A program made the position numbers and the translations under genes. Under the pieces are notes generated by a model. The model did not search any database, had not been told where the DNA came from, and saw only the letters and a list, made by a program, of their open reading frames with translations. From Ancylonema sp. (Eukaryota): a stretch of DNA of 20,000 nucleotides. Of this stretch, positions 9,225-20,000 are shown in pieces; positions within the stretch are counted from its first letter, which is position 1; each line of letters begins with the position of its first letter. The stretch spans positions 46,916-66,915 of the forward strand of contig JBFLGF010000133.1 in assembly GCA_050230475.1 (NCBI GenBank), given 5' to 3'.

Positions 9225-9673
9225 TATATCGGATAGCCATGTTTGCAAGTGTGCTAGTCCGGACTACCGGTTAGTGTAACCGGTAGGATTCCTAGGGTGT
9301 GCTTATATTGAGGGGCCGGACTTATGTCCCGGCACCCGAATAGGACGTTTCGATTGTGCCGTTTGTAGCACGTGCGGTCTAGATGGTTCCGAATCTAGAC
9401 GTTATGTCTTGTCACACTGTCCGGCATGTGCCGTTGTCAGGATCTGACTGTTGTTATGTTTATGATAGGCCGACGGTCCGCAGATACGACCGTCGGCACG
9501 CTTTGTAGATTCTTGTTTTGGACGAGGCATCGTGGTATACCTACACGATGCCGACCATTCAATAATAATTCTTCCAACACAATACTTGTCATTGTCTTTG
9601 AGAGACGAAGTTCCTTGTACGGAAAGATTCACACGATTCACACGATCTTGCACATCACGTAAACATCGCTAAA
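9225..9673 (+). repeat. 5' LTR of copia copy B (first ~9 nt altered)
   Basis: TATATCGGATAGCCATGTTTGC...CACGTAAACATCGCTAAA, alignable with 13919-14370. Confidence 0.93.
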
Positions 9674-12600
9674 AGGCTCGACTTGCTACACGTTCACACA
9701 CACCTTTCGATGCATCCAAATCCCTAGCTTATGCAGCATTCTCATCTGATGCACGGATTACCATGGCAGCAGGAACTGATTGCTCGCATCTGTGGCTAGA
9801 TTCAGGCTCGACCGATCACGTCTTCACAAACAAAGACCACTTCGTCGAGTACGACACCAACGTCCCGATGGCATTCATTCATCCACACGGCTGATGGCAC
9901 GCCTCACAAGGTCGAGGGGACAGGCTTCGTGCACGTGCGAGTGAAGAACGACGACTCCTTCTTCGTCATCCCTCTCACTGCTCTGCACGTCCCGACATTC
10001 GCTGCGACCCTAGTGTCCACCGACTGCCTCGTCCAGAGAGGTGGGCTGAGCTTTGCCCATACCCCACATGGTCCTAAACTGACTAAGAATGGACCGAAAT
10101 GGGCTGATGCCAGCAGGCAGAGGAATGGTCTGTCATTGCTGCATGCATCTATCATCATGCCTGGTTCATCTGGTCTGCAAGCAAATCTGTCCATAGGCAT
10201 GCTCTGGCATGGCAAGCTGGGTCACCCTGTTGTTCCAGCCATGTCAGACATGGCCAGACGTGGAGACATACCGAGATTGAGTCAGGAAGAATTGACTGAA
10301 GTTAGAGATTGTGAGATTTGCTGTATGGGGAAAATGGGACAGATGGGGCATGCAATGGCTAGCGATGATGTGGCCACTATGCCAAGAATGGGAAGGTTGC
10401 ATCTAGATCTGATAGGTCCTTTTGGTGTCAGATCAATGCACGGAGGGTTTGATTATGCACAGACTGGGATAGAGGTCAATTCTAGATTGTCAACAGTATC
10501 TCTTCTCAAGCACAAGAGCGATGCTCTCAGCCAAACGCGCATCACTGTACAGAAACTGGAGGTTGAGTGAGGACTGCCGTTAAAGTCGATCACAGATGGA
10601 GGAGGGGAATATACCAGCAAGGAGTGGAAAGGCTATTGTGAGGATAAAGGCATCAAACATGAACTACTGATTGCCCCCTATAGTCCCCAGCAGAACGGCA
10701 TGTGTGAAAGATTGAACCGACCACTGATGGAGAAGATGAGATGTTTGCTGATGTGGTTTAAACTGCCTAAATCATATTGGGATGTGGCATTGATGCATGC
10801 AAACTGGCTAAGGAACATGACCCCCACTACTTCATTGACAGGGGGGATACCTATTGAGAAGTGGACGGGACGCCAAATCAAACTGGACAGAAGTCACACA
10901 TTTGGCAGCCTAGTGCAGTATTTAAAAGTTGGGCATGATAAAAACAAACAAGGGGACAAGTATGCTGCCACGACTGCTTTTGGGGTATTCATTGGGCTGG
11001 CAGCAGATCAAGCTGGTTACTACATCTTCGACCCGCTCAGAGCCGGTGTGATGGTGCGGACAAACGTCCATTTCTTTGAGGAAGTGCCGGGGTCCCCGAG
11101 ACTCATCGGGGGGAGAGCTCCCTAGGTCGAGGCCAAAGCAGATGGACACTTTTTCCAGCTGTTCCCCGACACGGATGATGAGCCTAAGGCTGGGGGGTGC
11201 CAAGACAAGCAACAGTTACAGCAGCAACGCCTGCAGCAGTGCCAGCAGCAGTGCCAGCAGCAGAGCCAGCAGCAATGCCAGCAGCAGCAGCCGCCCACAA
11301 CAACCCAAGAGCCCAGATCCCAGCATTACAATTTCCGCCACCACCAGCTGCTGAGGTCCCCATCGCTGTGATTGAGCTGTCTGACAGCCAATCTGGGATC
11401 AACAACGTAGGTGTGGCACAGGCGCGGAGGGAAGTCCAAGGAGGGGGAGGAGAGGGGGGACAAGGGGTGAATGCTGAGAGCATAGCTGAGAGAGTAATGG
11501 GAAGGAGGAGGGCAAACTTTGCCCACTTTGGGGATGTCCTCTGATACGATGGGGAGGAGTTCGACGACCAGGCGCTAGAAGCAGCCATTCAGGACGAGGA
11601 GTGGGAGGCAACATGCTTCTTCACAGGCTTCAACGGCCCCTCTGACCCTAGATTCTGCATGGTGGCCATGTCTGCTGACTCCTCCGACCCTCTGACGCTG
11701 AACCAGGCCATGACGAGGCCAGACTGGGATCAGTGGTTAGCTGCTATCCAGGAGGAGCTGAAAAGCTTGGGGGAATTCAATACCTTCGAGGTGTGTGAAC
11801 TTCCACGAGGTAAAAGGGCTGTGGGGTGCAAATATGTATTCAAAAAACCAAATACACACCCACGGGAACCCTTGAAAGATATAAAGTCAGATTGGTCGCT
11901 CAGGGTTCTACAACAAGAAGGAGTTGATTATAATGAAATATTCGCACCTGTAGTAGATAGTACCTCTATATCTCTTCTACTAGCTATTGCGAATCAGGAG
12001 GGTTGGGAAATTGAACAAATGGATGTGGTGATTGCTTTCTTGCACGGAAGACTCACCGAAGAAGTATATATAAAAATTCCACCATTCATGGAGATTGAAG
12101 GAGGGGCTCAGGGAAAAGTTTTGAGAATGAGGGGGGCACTATACGGACTGAAACAAAGTAGCAAGGTCTGGGGTGAGATGTTCTCAGCCTTCATGCTCAG
12201 TATAGGGTTCAAACAGTGCATTATGGACACATGCATATACACCAGGGGGACAGGACAGTCACGAATCATAGTGGGGATACATGTAGATGACCAGGTGATA
12301 GTTGGTCCAAACACCATGGTCATTCAAGCATTCAAACAGGAACTGTCTGGAAAATTTAAAATGAAGGATCTCGGGGCCCTAACCCATATCATCCTGGGGG
12401 TGGAAGTGAAAAGGGACAGACAACAGGGGGTGCTCACGTCGTTGCATCAGGGGAGGTTCATAAAGCAAGTTCTGGAACGTTTTGGCATAGCAAACTGTAA
12501 CCCTACAAAACTACCCTTACCACCACCTGGGCTGACATTTCACCAAGAAGATGAACCTCTAACCCCCCCTACACTTGAACAGATAACTGAATTCCGGGGA

Positions 12601-13238
12601 AAAATTGGGTCACTCATTTATGCAACGAAACACACCAGACGATATTGCGCATGCATTGGGGGTACTGGCAAAACACATGGGGAATCCTGAGACTGCTCAC
12701 ATCAAGGCCTTACACCAATTGTTCAGATATTTAAGGGGAACAGTGGATCACGGAATATGCTACGTGAGGAGGAAGAGGTTAGAGATCAGGGGGTACTGTG
12801 ATGCTAGTTGGAACAGCTGCAGTATGACTGGGAAGTCGGTCACAGGGTGGGTCACTACTGTTGTGAGCTAGAAGTCACAGAAACAATCTACAGTCGCACA
12901 GAGTACGGTACAGTCGCACAGAGTACAGCAGAGGCTGAGTATATTGCTGCCTGTAGTGTGTCTAAGGAATGCTGTTACCTAAAGTCGCTCCTGCATGAGC
13001 TCAAACTCCCTAATGAAATCAGAGTTTACAGTGACTCAACAGCCGCACTCTCAATGATCCAGAACCCAGTCCAGCGCCAGAAGGCCAAGCATTTCAATGT
13101 GGTGTACCACTGGGTGAGAGAGTGAAGTATGTGTATCTGGCAGGGGCCAATCAACCAGCCGATATGTTCACTAAGGCTCTTCCACAGGTCTTACTTGACA
13201 GACACGGAAAGTTCATAGGTTGTGGGAGGGTTCACTGA
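9674..13238 (+). pseudogene. pol: Copia pol, copy B: protease, GAG-pre-integrase, integrase, Ala/Pro-rich linker, RT, RNase H
   Basis: LWLDSGSTDH, LWHGKLGHP, CEIC, LHLDLIGP, TDGGGEY, QQNGMCERLN, DPLTLNQAM, QMDVVIAFLHG, ALYGLKQS, HVDD, MKDLG, GYCDASW, STAEAEY, SDSTAA, KHFNVVYHWVRE, ADMFTKALP. Stop at 13236-13238; multiple frameshifts and stops. Confidence 0.95.
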
Positions 13239-13507
13239 AATGGGGGTGCACAATAAGTTCTAGGGGTTTCGGCTGCCATGCTATGTTTGGCAGGGGGTGT
13301 ATGTTCTGTGATCCTTCTTGCAGAATGCACCTGTGGAGGGCTTTCAACGCTTGTCTATCCAGCTAAGTCACCCCACTCTTTTTCTGCCCTGAAAACACTT
13401 AAGGACACCCTGAAAAGTTGCAGATCTGCTCATCTAGGTTTGTGAATTCTGGCATATGTCTCGCCATTCATATTATGTATGTTGTGTGAAAATTTCAGTT
13501 ATTTTGA

Positions 13508-13595
13508 TGAAGTTTTGAGAAAGTTATGAAGTTTTGAGAAAGTTGTGAATTTTTGAGAAAGTTGTGAAGTTCTGAGAAAGTTGTGAAGTTTTGAG
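13508..13595 (+). repeat. Tandem 19-bp repeat (TGAAGTTTTGAGAAAGTTG) x ~4.6 in the copia 3' UTR
   Basis: Units start at 13508, 13527, 13546, 13565 and 13584, with 0-1 mismatch each and no spacers. Confidence 0.9.
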
Positions 13596-13909
13596 TATTT
13601 CAAGTTATTCGGAGAAAATTGCAGAAGGTTGACTTGTTGGTCATTTTTGTATTGCCCTAACTTGTGGTATTTGTTTGTATGTTCAGGGCTCCGGCTCGAA
13701 AAAACGACTAAGGATATGGAGCTATCGATTTCTGGAGTTCCGATCGGCTTCCGATCGGCTGTGATTTTAGATAGGGCCCCCTAGCACATTTGTATGCTAG
13801 GGAAGACCACTATCACATGGGCTATGCAATGGTTTCGCCATCTTAGCTGTAGATAGGGTAGTCCCTTGGTGCTGACTCAATGCCAAACTTGGCATGGCAT
13901 CCGAGGGTG

Positions 13910-14370
13910 TGTAGGAATTATATCGGATAGCCATGTTTGCTAGTGTGCTAGTCCGGACTACCGGTTAGTGTAACCTGGTAGGATTCCTAGGGTGTGCTTA
14001 TATTGAGGGGCCGGACTTATGTCCGGGCACCCGAATATGGTTTCGATTGTGCCGTTTGTAGCACGTGCGGTCTAGTGTCTAGATGGTTCCGAATCTAATG
14101 GTTCCGACTTGTCAGACTGTCCGGCATGTGCCGTTGTCAGGATCTGACTGTTGTTGTGTTATGATAGGCCGACGGTCCGCATATACGACCGTCGGCACGC
14201 TTTGTAGATTCATGTTGTGTACGAGGCATCGTGGTATACCTACACGATGCCGACCATTCAATAATTATTCTTCCAACACAATATTTGTCATTGATCATCT
14301 TTGAGAGACGAAGTTCCTTGTACGGAAAGATTCACACGATCTTGCACACCTATCACGTAAAATCGCTAAA
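13910..14370 (+). repeat. 3' LTR of copia copy B
   Basis: TGTAGGAATTATATCGGATAGCC...CACGTAAAATCGCTAAA, preceded by a weak PPT-like GAGGGTG (13903-13909). Confidence 0.93.
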
Positions 14371-14790
14371 GTTTTCGTAGAACTCTTGCTCCTTGGTGTC
14401 ATAATGCAGTGTATGGTACTGCTGGGGGATTCTGTATGTGCCCCCCCTCCGCTCAATGCTCTGAGTAGTGGGGTCTGTTTCCTAGCGAGGGTGTGATGGA
14501 ACCGACATAGGAAGGGTATCGATGTACGAGGGTAAATTGTGAGACGCCATGAGAATGCCACCTAACCAGACTGACATATTTTTGTCCTCGGTGCGACCAA
14601 TGAGTTGACAGCGTGCACTAATGGTAATGCCTGGTGCAGCCGTGTCGCCATCCTCAAATCCCATGAGGCGTTCTCGTTCCCAAATGTTTGGTCTTAGGCA
14701 TATGTAGCTTGTCATCAGGTTGACTCGATGGTCGACGCAACTATTTTCCGAACCACCCATCATTTCTCGTCTGACTCACAAAATATATGT
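14371..14790 (-). pseudogene. Probable upstream continuation of gypsy pol (degenerate protease-region remnant)
   Basis: Removing copy B at the shared AAAGTT gives a minus-strand frame ...QEFYENFHH*LGSETLSA*...EFQWKIGDHL leading into the pre-RT region. GGSENS and VWLGGIL only weakly recall retropepsin motifs. Confidence 0.4.
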
Positions 14791-15277
14791 ACGTGATTGG
14801 CTTATTTATTGCCACGGGCTATCGGCGGATAGGATAGCCGGCGATATTTCGTCTGGAAGTACCACGTTGGCACCACCACATTGATCGACATAGATCATGT
14901 GGCTACCCACCATACATCGCTCGACGTTAACAAGAAACAATCACCACCGACCCAGTAGGCCCCTAGGCTTCCTATGCCTACGAGGCCTACTGGACCCACC
15001 CATAAATTGAAACCGTCACTATCTGCGGAGTCCAAACGTTGTGACCTCCGCCTGTCCCGCTCTCCCCAGGAATCACTCCCCACTACTCCGCCTGCAGCCC
15101 CGCAAACAGCCGTGAGACTCGTGAGTCCACCGTAACCCCAAGTTGCCAAATACTCGAATGGGGGTCTCAACAAGCCATGATTTTTTCTCGGTGTCTGAAT
15201 GATTAAATGAACACTGTGCTTGGGTGTTTTCGACCTGACACGTATTCTACAAGTTGCAGGTCGTCTGCCACGTCATC

Positions 15278-18200
15278 ATGGCGATCCGCGCATGCCTGTT
15301 TACTTCCATCCTCCTTCTCTCCGCCAGTCTTGTAAAAGCTGATTTTGAGGGTGAGTAAGCAGGATTTGTCGGAGGTACTCTGAACTTCCTTGTCCCCTTG
15401 CTCTCTACATTTTTGAGAAATCGGAATCATTGGTTATTTCCGCAAGATCTTCAGTCTGTGCGATTCTTTTGAGTCGGAGTGAAGTATTTGGTGGACATTC
15501 TCATGTCTGAGTCCCATTTTATGACCGCAGGCCGCCAGCTTTTGACCGAGGATGACTACCACACTGACAAGACTCGCCGCATCCGGGCCGCCGGCTTCAC
15601 ATGTGATGACGTAGTCGAGATTACAATTGACGAGATCCAAGTGCTCTTCTTCAACAAGGTCCTCACCTCGGTCGCGTTGGTCGAGAGCTACCTTCAGCGC
15701 ATTGCGGACTACAGCGATCCCGCGACTTTCAATCCGACTAAGGGTCGGCTTGACTTCACTTAGTTTCCCTCCCCCCTCCCCCCCGATCTCTCCCTCTCAC
15801 TCATTTTTCTTTACCCCTCAGTTTCACATCTAGATCTTCCTCCCTGCGTTGCTTTTGCTTTGCAATCGTATTGCTCGAACTTCAAATGGAGGAAACCATT
15901 GGGATACTTATCAGACACAGCGGGAACCTTCTCCGACCTCTACACTACCTCCTAGACTCATCCTTTCATCCGTACATGTCGCAGGCTGCTATCCGGTGAA
16001 TGCCATCCTCGAGAAGAATCCGATCGTCTTCAAAGTGGCCAAGCAAAAGGATCTGGCGTATGCCGTCAAATGCAAGAAAGCCAAGTCCCCTGCCTGCTTG
16101 GGACCCATGCACGGGATTCCCGTCATACTGAAGGACAACGTAGCTGCTGACTACATGCACAACACCGCAGGTGGGGCATTCGCGGCTAATATACCCACTT
16201 ATATCTGGAAATAACAAATATGCAATTATCAATCAATCAACCAATCAAACAAACAAATAGTAATCAATAAGACAGATAACATTCACTTGGACGGTTTACA
16301 ATCCTGCTGCGGGTGCGCAGAACGAGGCATACTCCGTATGTAACGCTGTGCGCACATTCTTATTCATGCACTGTCCCTATCTCCTCCAGGCTCGTACGCC
16401 TTCCTAGGCTGCAATCACGTGCAGTCCACCATTGCCGTGAAACTTGCCAAGGCGGGAGCCATCATCTTGGCCAAGGCTGGGATGAGCGAGTGGGCCAACT
16501 ACCGTGGCCAGTCCGTCTCCGGTTGGTCTGGAAGAAATGGACAAGTGGCGGTGAGAACACATACACGGACATTGACGTGGACATCAAATTCCTGTTGATG
16601 ATAACGAATTATTCTTAACTGTGTAGTGGACCTTTTTTTATGCTCAGTAGGAGTGGCTTCGGGTCCCGATTCAAGTCTTTTGTATGGACACAGTTCCCAG
16701 ATCAAGATCACTTTTTATCATGGTACACAAATCTGACATCCTCTTCCCCATTTCCACATTTTCTCCTTTCCAGTCTCCGTATGTCCACTACGTGCTACGC
16801 AACATCACAGTTTTCCCCTCCCCCTACCCCAACATTCCGGTTGCCATCGCCCCCGGGAACTACACCAACGTCCTCAACCCCACGATTGTATCCGGCTCCT
16901 CCTCCGGATCTGCCGCCGCTGCTGCAACCAGTCTCGTGAGAATCAGTCACCCTTCTTCCAGATTATCGCAATATGCGATATATCAGATTATTGCCCTCTG
17001 AATTTGGTGTGTTTGAACACTATTCAAGTACCATTGTATATGGTGTCATGTATTCCCGTGAGGGGCATCTACGTAATATGTCAAGTATTCTTTCTGTGAA
17101 TTGTGTGAAGATCACTGACCTTGCGGTCCTGTTGTTGGGGGCAGGCTGCTATCACCATCGGGTCGGAGACCTCCGGTTCCATCCTTTCTCCCTCCAACGC
17201 CAACGGATTGGTCGGTCTGAAGCCCACGGTCGGACTAGTCTCTCGGTTCGGTGTGATTCCCCTCTCCCACAGCCAGGATACCGCTGGCCCAATGGGACGA
17301 ACTGTCACTGACGTGGCGTATCTTCTGTCGACCATCGCCGGTTTCGACGGTGGGGACGAGGACACGATCACGCAGCAGCAGGTGTCCACTGTGGGCCACT
17401 ACTCGAAATATTTGGACGCCAACGGGTTTGCTGGCGCGAAGCTTGCTGCCATCGCCTTGAACCCGAATTTCACTGACCCCGCGATCTACGCGGCGTACAC
17501 CGCCTCCATTGCCGCCATCATGTAAGTACATCACTCAATCCCTCAATTCTAATACTCACACCTGGTGATGTCTTTGTATGGTTTTGTACGGATTGGTGTC
17601 ATGAGTAGTTTTCTTCGACCAGTCTGAACCGCCTCTAAATCCCAACTTCCTAAATTCCCTGCTGCTGCCCTGTCCTGTCCTGAGCAGTGCCCTGGGCGCG
17701 ACGGTTGACATGTACCCCATCAGCCCTTTTTTCAACATCACCAGCACGCTCAACACGAGTCTCATTCTGCCCACTGACTTCAAACAGGATATCGTTGCCT
17801 ACATGGCGGGATGCACGTGGCAGAAGGGGTTCACTCCCATGTACACGCTGGCGGATCTCATTGCTTTCAACAAGGCTAATTATTTGCTGGAATTCCAAGG
17901 AGGGAAGTTTGGGTATGGGAACCCTTCGTATGGAAACTTTTTCCAGCAAACGTGGGAGGCCTCTCAGGTAATTTCGACGAGCATGTACTCCCTCATGATC
18001 GAATGTGCAAAAATTATGAAGTGGAGGAAAGAACTTTTTGGAGCATGAATTGCGTTTGAGGAGGTTTCTGATTTGACTTCTATCACTTAAGCAACTTTTG
18101 GAGCTGAAATTTGTCTTGTGCGTTTGCAGTTGACTCTCAACTTGTACGATCCAGTCTACCTCTCCATGAAGTTGGTAAGAGATTAATTATTTTACCAAAT

Positions 18201-18674
18201 CAGCCAGTTTCTTTCTCTCTCAAGTTTCCATCTAAGCATTGCGTCATGGGGATGAAATATTGCCTGGAAATAACTCAGAAATGCGTAGGGATCACTGCGA
18301 CAAGACTCTGTTAATGGTTTTGGTTGATGACAACTTCTTGCTGATAGAAATTTCTTCCTCGTCTGTTGTTTGTGCAGGCTGCTGCGAACCTCAACTCCGC
18401 CATTGTCTCCTTCTTCAACGGCAACAATCCTTACAACCGAACATACAGCGCCCTCCTTCACACGGGAGGGTTTACTGGAACGTGGGCCACTACCCGAAAC
18501 CCTTCCATTGTTGTGCCCATGACCACGAGCACTCTAGGAGCCACACAAGGTATGTATTTCTCGGGCCTGGCTTACTCGGAGCAAACCCTCATCACGCTGG
18601 GATACTCCTTCGAGCAGAAAGTGATGATGGGCAAACGCCCCCTGCCCAAGTTCTGTGACTCGTACAAATGTTAG
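15278..18674 (+). CDS. Secreted amidase-signature-family amidase (Ser-cisSer-Lys triad), 9 exons, ~597 aa
   Basis: Exons 15278-15350, 15531-15743, 15985-16170, 16390-16550, 16774-16935, 17145-17521, 17688-17967, 18130-18174, 18378-18674. All introns are GT-AG with compatible phases; total 1794 nt. Motifs [13 protein letters not shown] (Lys), SGSSSGS (cis-Ser), [12 protein letters not shown] (nucleophile Ser), [25 protein letters not shown]. Hydrophobic N-terminus [21 protein letters not shown]. Confidence 0.93.
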
Positions 18675-19736
18675 AGGAAGGAAGGAGGGAGGGAGGGTAG
18701 GTTGGGAGGGAGGGGTGGAATAAAATTGAGTTGTGATGTAGCTTTGGACACGAGAGTAGGTTTGTGGGAAGAGGCAAACATGTGCTATCTGGCCACCAGT
18801 TTACTTTCAATGTTTCGGTTATTACTCAGATTCTAGTTTAGGGGAGACGTAGGCACTAGAAGTGATAGTTGGTGAAGTGGGATTACTGAAACTAATTTGA
18901 TGTAGGCATTGTTGTGGAGCCGAAGATTAATGGTTGACGTACAACAAATGTTTATTTATAATTTTATTTTATTTGATTTGGCCGTTGGATATAGGAATGA
19001 GAATGTTGTGGTCCAAATTATCTTCCAATAGTATGAACTAACATTTGCATGTGATACACATGACATGCACTATCTCGTGAAACTATGTCATGAACTTGAT
19101 CTTGTTACACACTAATCTGCAGTTGCTCACCAATGAAGGAACAGCAATACAAATAGAACTATCGAAGTAAGAGCAGATAAAAATGAGCGAGTAATGCGAA
19201 GCATGGACTAATGGAGGGGAAAGTCATGAGGACTCTGACGTCCTCCTCCTTTCACCAGTAGAAAATGGAAACCTGTATTTTGACCATTCAATGTTACTAA
19301 CTTCTGTAGCCACAGAAATTGTTAGTACTGGCTCCCTACACCTTTTTCCGGAAATGAATAAATGAATGATATCTGTACCATCGATTCTGATAATTTATAG
19401 CTTCGAAAATCTAATACAGACATGTTGATCGACTAAAAGTGCAGAAAAGGGAAAAAAGAATAGAAACATCAAAAGACAGTCGCTGAGTACCACAAGTTTT
19501 GTCAAAAGAGACAAATCGGCAGTTGGAGAAACTACAAACGGAGCGAAAATTGGACGAAATTACATACGTCACCCTGATTTCATGACAACATATCAATCAT
19601 AGACATGTACACGAACGTGTACATGACCATAATATGTCACCCATGGGCATCCATCTTCATCCCTACCTACATCCTCGCCCCTGGAAGGCTTCACAACACA
19701 CATAGCTCTGCATCGAGCAAGAACACTTCTCTACTG

Positions 19737-20000
19737 TCACACCCCCAGTATCGTCCGCAACTGATCCGGCGCATATCTCAACATCGAACGCGGTTGCGGG
19801 TACCGGTTAATCGGGTCGCCCACCGCATCGTACACGGATTCGTACGCGTCTACCAGCGCACAGTTGATCCGTCCACTTGCCTCCCCACGAATCCTGGGTG
19901 CTTGGATGAACTCAATCTCGGGAGAAACGCCCCCAGTCTTGGAAAGCAACCCGAAAAAGGCCCTCAAACTCTCCGCCACAGACGCAGCATCTAACCCTGA
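19737..20000 (-). CDS. COG6: Conserved oligomeric Golgi complex subunit 6, C-terminal exon (partial; runs off window)
   Basis: SGLDAASVAESLRAFFGLL...PEIEFIQAPRIRGEA...LVDAYESVYDAVGDPINRYPQPRSMLRYAPDQLRTILGV* closely matches the plant COG6 C-terminus as recalled (...FFGL...LPEFEQIQVPKLR...PDQIRTILGI). Frame open to the window edge. Confidence 0.85.
   Translation of the reverse strand, partial: SGLDAASVAESLRAFFGLLSKTGGVSPEIEFIQAPRIRGEASGRINCALVDAYESVYDAVGDPINRYPQPRSMLRYAPDQLRTILGV

Larger units (their letters stand above)
9219..14370 (+). mobile_element. Ty1/copia LTR retrotransposon, copy B (two LTRs; PBS and most of gag deleted; PR-INT-RT-RNase H decayed)
   Basis: Paired LTRs share many variants absent from LTR A. 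Internal domains are in copia order. AAAGTT is present at both boundaries (9214-9219 and 14368-14373). Confidence 0.95.

Noticed and set aside
11184..11588. Ala/Pro-rich ORF as env-like or separate gene
   Set aside because: It is the low-complexity INT-RT linker of pol (GCA-rich repeats), with no env features.
13508..13595. Possible CRISPR-like array
   Set aside because: Head-to-tail 19-bp units with no spacers, inside a eukaryotic retrotransposon UTR, and no cas genes.
14895..15173. Pro-rich / 92-aa ORF as gypsy gag or a gene
   Set aside because: No recognisable domain, stops in the Pro-rich frame; cannot be assigned without a search.
16226..16270. (ATCA)n/(AAAC)n tract
   Set aside because: Ordinary degenerate intronic microsatellite.
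15278..18674. Calling the amidase GatA, AMI1 or FAAH
   Set aside because: Signal peptide, SEWANYR and ETSGS motifs fit the secreted peptide-amidase-like subgroup; no specific symbol is supportable.
19605..19994. 129-aa plus-strand ORF
   Set aside because: Antisense shadow of the COG6 exon with no recognisable motif.

Overview
Eukaryotic, plant-lineage DNA (plant-type tRNAiMet primer site, GT-AG introns, COG6 C-terminus of plant type). The first ~15 kb is a nest of decayed LTR retrotransposons. (1) Ty1/copia copy A (+, 629-5717) has a half-tRNAiMet PBS, a gag interrupted by a 1042-bp non-coding insert flanked by a 27-bp direct repeat and imperfect terminal inverted repeats, and an inverted RT fragment. 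(2) A Ty3/gypsy element (-, 5718-9218, probably continuing at 14371 onward) has an integrase ending in a PHD finger rather than a chromodomain. (3) Ty1/copia copy B (+, ~9219-14370), same family as A, has two LTRs, has lost PBS and gag, and apparently sits inside the gypsy pol. The right end holds an intact 9-exon, ~597-aa secreted amidase-signature-family gene (+, 15278-18674) and the convergent 3' end of COG6 (-, 19737 to beyond 20000). All analyses were done by eye; no database searches were run.
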